In this document: in pieces, positions 30,235-32,000 of the stretch
How the letters are laid out: the number at the start of each line of letters is the position of its first letter
How positions within the stretch are numbered: position 1 is the first letter of the stretch
Source of the DNA: an uncultured Actinomycetes bacterium
GTDB taxonomy: Bacteria > Actinomycetota > Actinomycetes > S36-B12 > CAIYMF01
Direction: 5' to 3'
DNA: 32,000 bases
Assembly (NCBI GenBank): GCA_963843975.1
Contig: CAWJMG010000003.1
Coordinates: 420,001-452,000, forward strand
Notes under the pieces: generated by a model
Databases searched by the model: none
What the model was told of the DNA's origin: nothing
Seen by the model: the letters and a program-made list of their open reading frames with translations, nothing else
Position numbers and translations under genes: made by a program

Positions 30235-32000
30235 GCCGTCGGCTCCGGAGCGGCCGACGGTGCCGGACGCGGACCGCCCGGCTCGAGCGGGCCGCCGACT
30301 GCGGCCACCGGCTTGGAGGTCGGCAGGCCCGAGCCGTCGCGGCGCGGGTCGATGGGCGGCAGGGGAGCGGGCGCCCCCTGCGGCGTCGCTGCGCGGGCGG
30401 GAGCGGGGCCGACCCAGGCGACGAGGAGCGTGTCCTCGCCCTTGAGGAAGCGCTGGGCGCGCACGCCTCCGGTGGCCCGGCCCTTGCCCGGGAACTCCGA
30501 GAACGGCGAGACCTTCACTGTGGCGCCGGACGTGCCCGGCAGCGCGCTCGTGCTGCCCGCAGCCGTGACCACGACGGACTCCCGCGAGGGATCGACGGCC
30601 CCGAACCAGAGAGCGCGGGCACGGTCGTCGAGGCGGACACCTGCCATGCCGCCGGCGGGGCGGCCCTGGGGGCGGACGGCGGACGCCGGGAAGTGCAGCA
30701 GCTGGGCGTCGGTGGTGACGAAGACGAGCTCCTCGTCGCCGGTGGTGAGCTCGACGGCGCCGACGACGCGGTCGCCGTCGTCGAGCCGGATGACCGACCA
30801 CTGATCGGACGACGACGGCACGTCGGGGGCGACGCGCTTGACGATGCCGCCCGCCGTGCCGAGCGCGAGCCCGGGGCCCTCGCCGGTGACCGAGCACAGG
30901 CCGACGGGCTGCTCGCCCTTGTCGAGCTCGGTCAGCGCGCCGAGCGGCACTCCGCCGGCGAGCGACGGCGCGCCGTGCGTCGGCGGCAGGGTCGGCATCT
31001 CGAGCACCGGCAGGCGCAGGACGCGGCCCGTGCTCGTGACGAGGCCGATGTGGCCGCGCGCGGTGGTGCGGACGGCGGCGACGATGACGTCGTGCGGGCC
31101 GCGCTCGCCGTCGGCGGGCAGCTCACGGTCGTCGGTCGTGCGGGCGAGGAGCCCGGTGCTCGACATGAGCACCACGCACGGATCGTCGGTGATCTCGAGG
31201 GGGACGGCGGCCGCCTTCGTGGGCGCACCGGATCCCTCGAGCAGAACCGTGCGGCGCGGGGTGCCGTGCTCCTTGGCGACGGCGGCGAGCTCGTCGCTCA
31301 CGACGCGGCGCAGGCGCTTCTCGTCCTCGAGGATCTCGGTGAGCTCGGCGATCCGCGCCTGCAGCTCGTCGCGCTCGGTCTCGAGCTCGATGCGGCTGAA
31401 CTTCGTGAGGCGGCGCAAGGGCATCTCGAGGATGTACTGGGCCTGGACGTCGGACAGGTCGAAGACCTGGATGAGGCGCACCCGTGCGGCCGCGGCGTCG
31501 TCGGACGAGCGGATCAGCGCGATGACCTCGTCGATGTCGATGATCGCGATGAGCAGGCCGTCGACGAGGTGCAGGCGCTCCTCGGCCTTGCGGCGGCGGA
31601 ACGCCGACCGACGGCGTACGACCTCGAGGCGGTGGTCGACGAAGACCTCGAGCATGTCCTTGAGGCCGAGCGTGCGCGGCTGCCCCTCGACGAGCGAGAC
31701 GGCGTTGATGTTGAACGAGTCCTCCATCGGCGTGAGCGCGTAGAGCTGCTCGAGCACCGCCTCGGGGACGAAGCCGTTCTTCACCTCGATCACCAGGCGC
31801 AGGCCGGACTCCATGTCGGAGAAGTCGTCGACGGCCGCGATGCCCGTGAGCTTCTTGGCGTCCACGGCCTCCTTGATGCGCGTGATCACCTTCTCCGGGC
31901 CGACGTTGTACGGCAGCTCGGTGACGATGATGCCCTTGCGGCGCGGCGTGACGCTCTCGATGTGCGCGGTCGCGCGGACGCGGAACGCGCCGCGGCCAGT
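30231..32000 (-). CDS. parC: type IIA DNA topoisomerase subunit A (topoisomerase IV ParC-like), 5'-truncated by window edge
   Basis: The reading frame stays open to position 32000 (...TELPYNVGPEKVITRIKEAVDAKKL...). This covers the tower and coiled-coil regions and C-terminal beta-pinwheel repeats, then a Pro/Ala-rich tail. It is not adjacent to a B subunit gene. The ParC versus GyrA-paralog assignment is an inference. Confidence 0.9.
   Translation of the reverse strand, partial: TGRGAFRVRATAHIESVTPRRKGIIVTELPYNVGPEKVITRIKEAVDAKKLTGIAAVDDFSDMESGLRLVIEVKNGFVPEAVLEQLYALTPMEDSFNINAVSLVEGQPRTLGLKDMLEVFVDHRLEVVRRRSAFRRRKAEERLHLVDGLLIAIIDIDEVIALIRSSDDAAAARVRLIQVFDLSDVQAQYILEMPLRRLTKFSRIELETERDELQARIAELTEILEDEKRLRRVVSDELAAVAKEHGTPRRTVLLEGSGAPTKAAAVPLEITDDPCVVLMSSTGLLARTTDDRELPADGERGPHDVIVAAVRTTARGHIGLVTSTGRVLRLPVLEMPTLPPTHGAPSLAGGVPLGALTELDKGEQPVGLCSVTGEGPGLALGTAGGIVKRVAPDVPSSSDQWSVIRLDDGDRVVGAVELTTGDEELVFVTTDAQLLHFPASAVRPQGRPAGGMAGVRLDDRARALWFGAVDPSRESVVVTAAGSTSALPGTSGATVKVSPFSEFPGKGRATGGVRAQRFLKGEDTLLVAWVGPAPARAATPQGAPAPLPPIDPRRDGSGLPTSKPVAAVGGPLEPGGPRPAPSAAPEPTA

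Overview
This is a very GC-rich (by eye above 70%, not computed) actinobacterial-type chromosomal segment with dense coding. Many adjacent genes overlap by 1-8 nt, and several starts look leaderless.

The window is bracketed by the two non-adjacent type IIA topoisomerase subunit genes. The ParE-like gene is at 4024-6120 (+). The ParC-like gene is at 30231-32000 (-), with its 5' end off-window.

Left part of the window:
- a membrane protein
- two orphan Flp-type pilin genes, one carrying a perfect 30-bp tandem repeat that encodes a Ser/Gly tail
- a DUF456-like membrane protein
- an aldo/keto reductase
- a small Cys/His protein
- ParE-like, translationally coupled to a YbaK-like deacylase
- a PAS-GGDEF diguanylate cyclase
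- an LLM-class oxidoreductase

The centre (about 9290-25996) is a divergently transcribed aromatic-catabolism supercluster.
- The minus operon encodes an unknown protein, an IclR regulator, a hydratase, acetaldehyde dehydrogenase, aldolase, 4-oxalocrotonate decarboxylase, 4-oxalocrotonate tautomerase, a Rieske ferredoxin and a HAD hydrolase.
- The plus operon encodes two tandem extradiol dioxygenases, a histidine phosphatase, a split PEP-synthase-like dikinase (phenylphosphate-synthase-like B and A subunits), an alpha-only Rieske oxygenase, a Cys4 mini-protein, a third hydratase/decarboxylase paralog, a second HAD hydrolase and an FprA/adrenodoxin-reductase-type reductase.
- No 2-hydroxymuconic-semialdehyde dehydrogenase or meta-cleavage-product hydrolase is present.

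The main candidate for an undescribed system is this mix of ATP-dependent aryl phosphorylation, phosphatases and O2-dependent ring chemistry.

Right part of the window:
- an ECF sigma factor coupled to a frameshifted membrane/META-domain gene
- a GNAT acetyltransferase
- a beta-carbonic anhydrase
- a sucrase/ferredoxin-like protein coupled to ParC

No rRNA, tRNA, CRISPR array or mobile element was recognised. All functional calls rest on motif and family recognition by eye; no searches were run.
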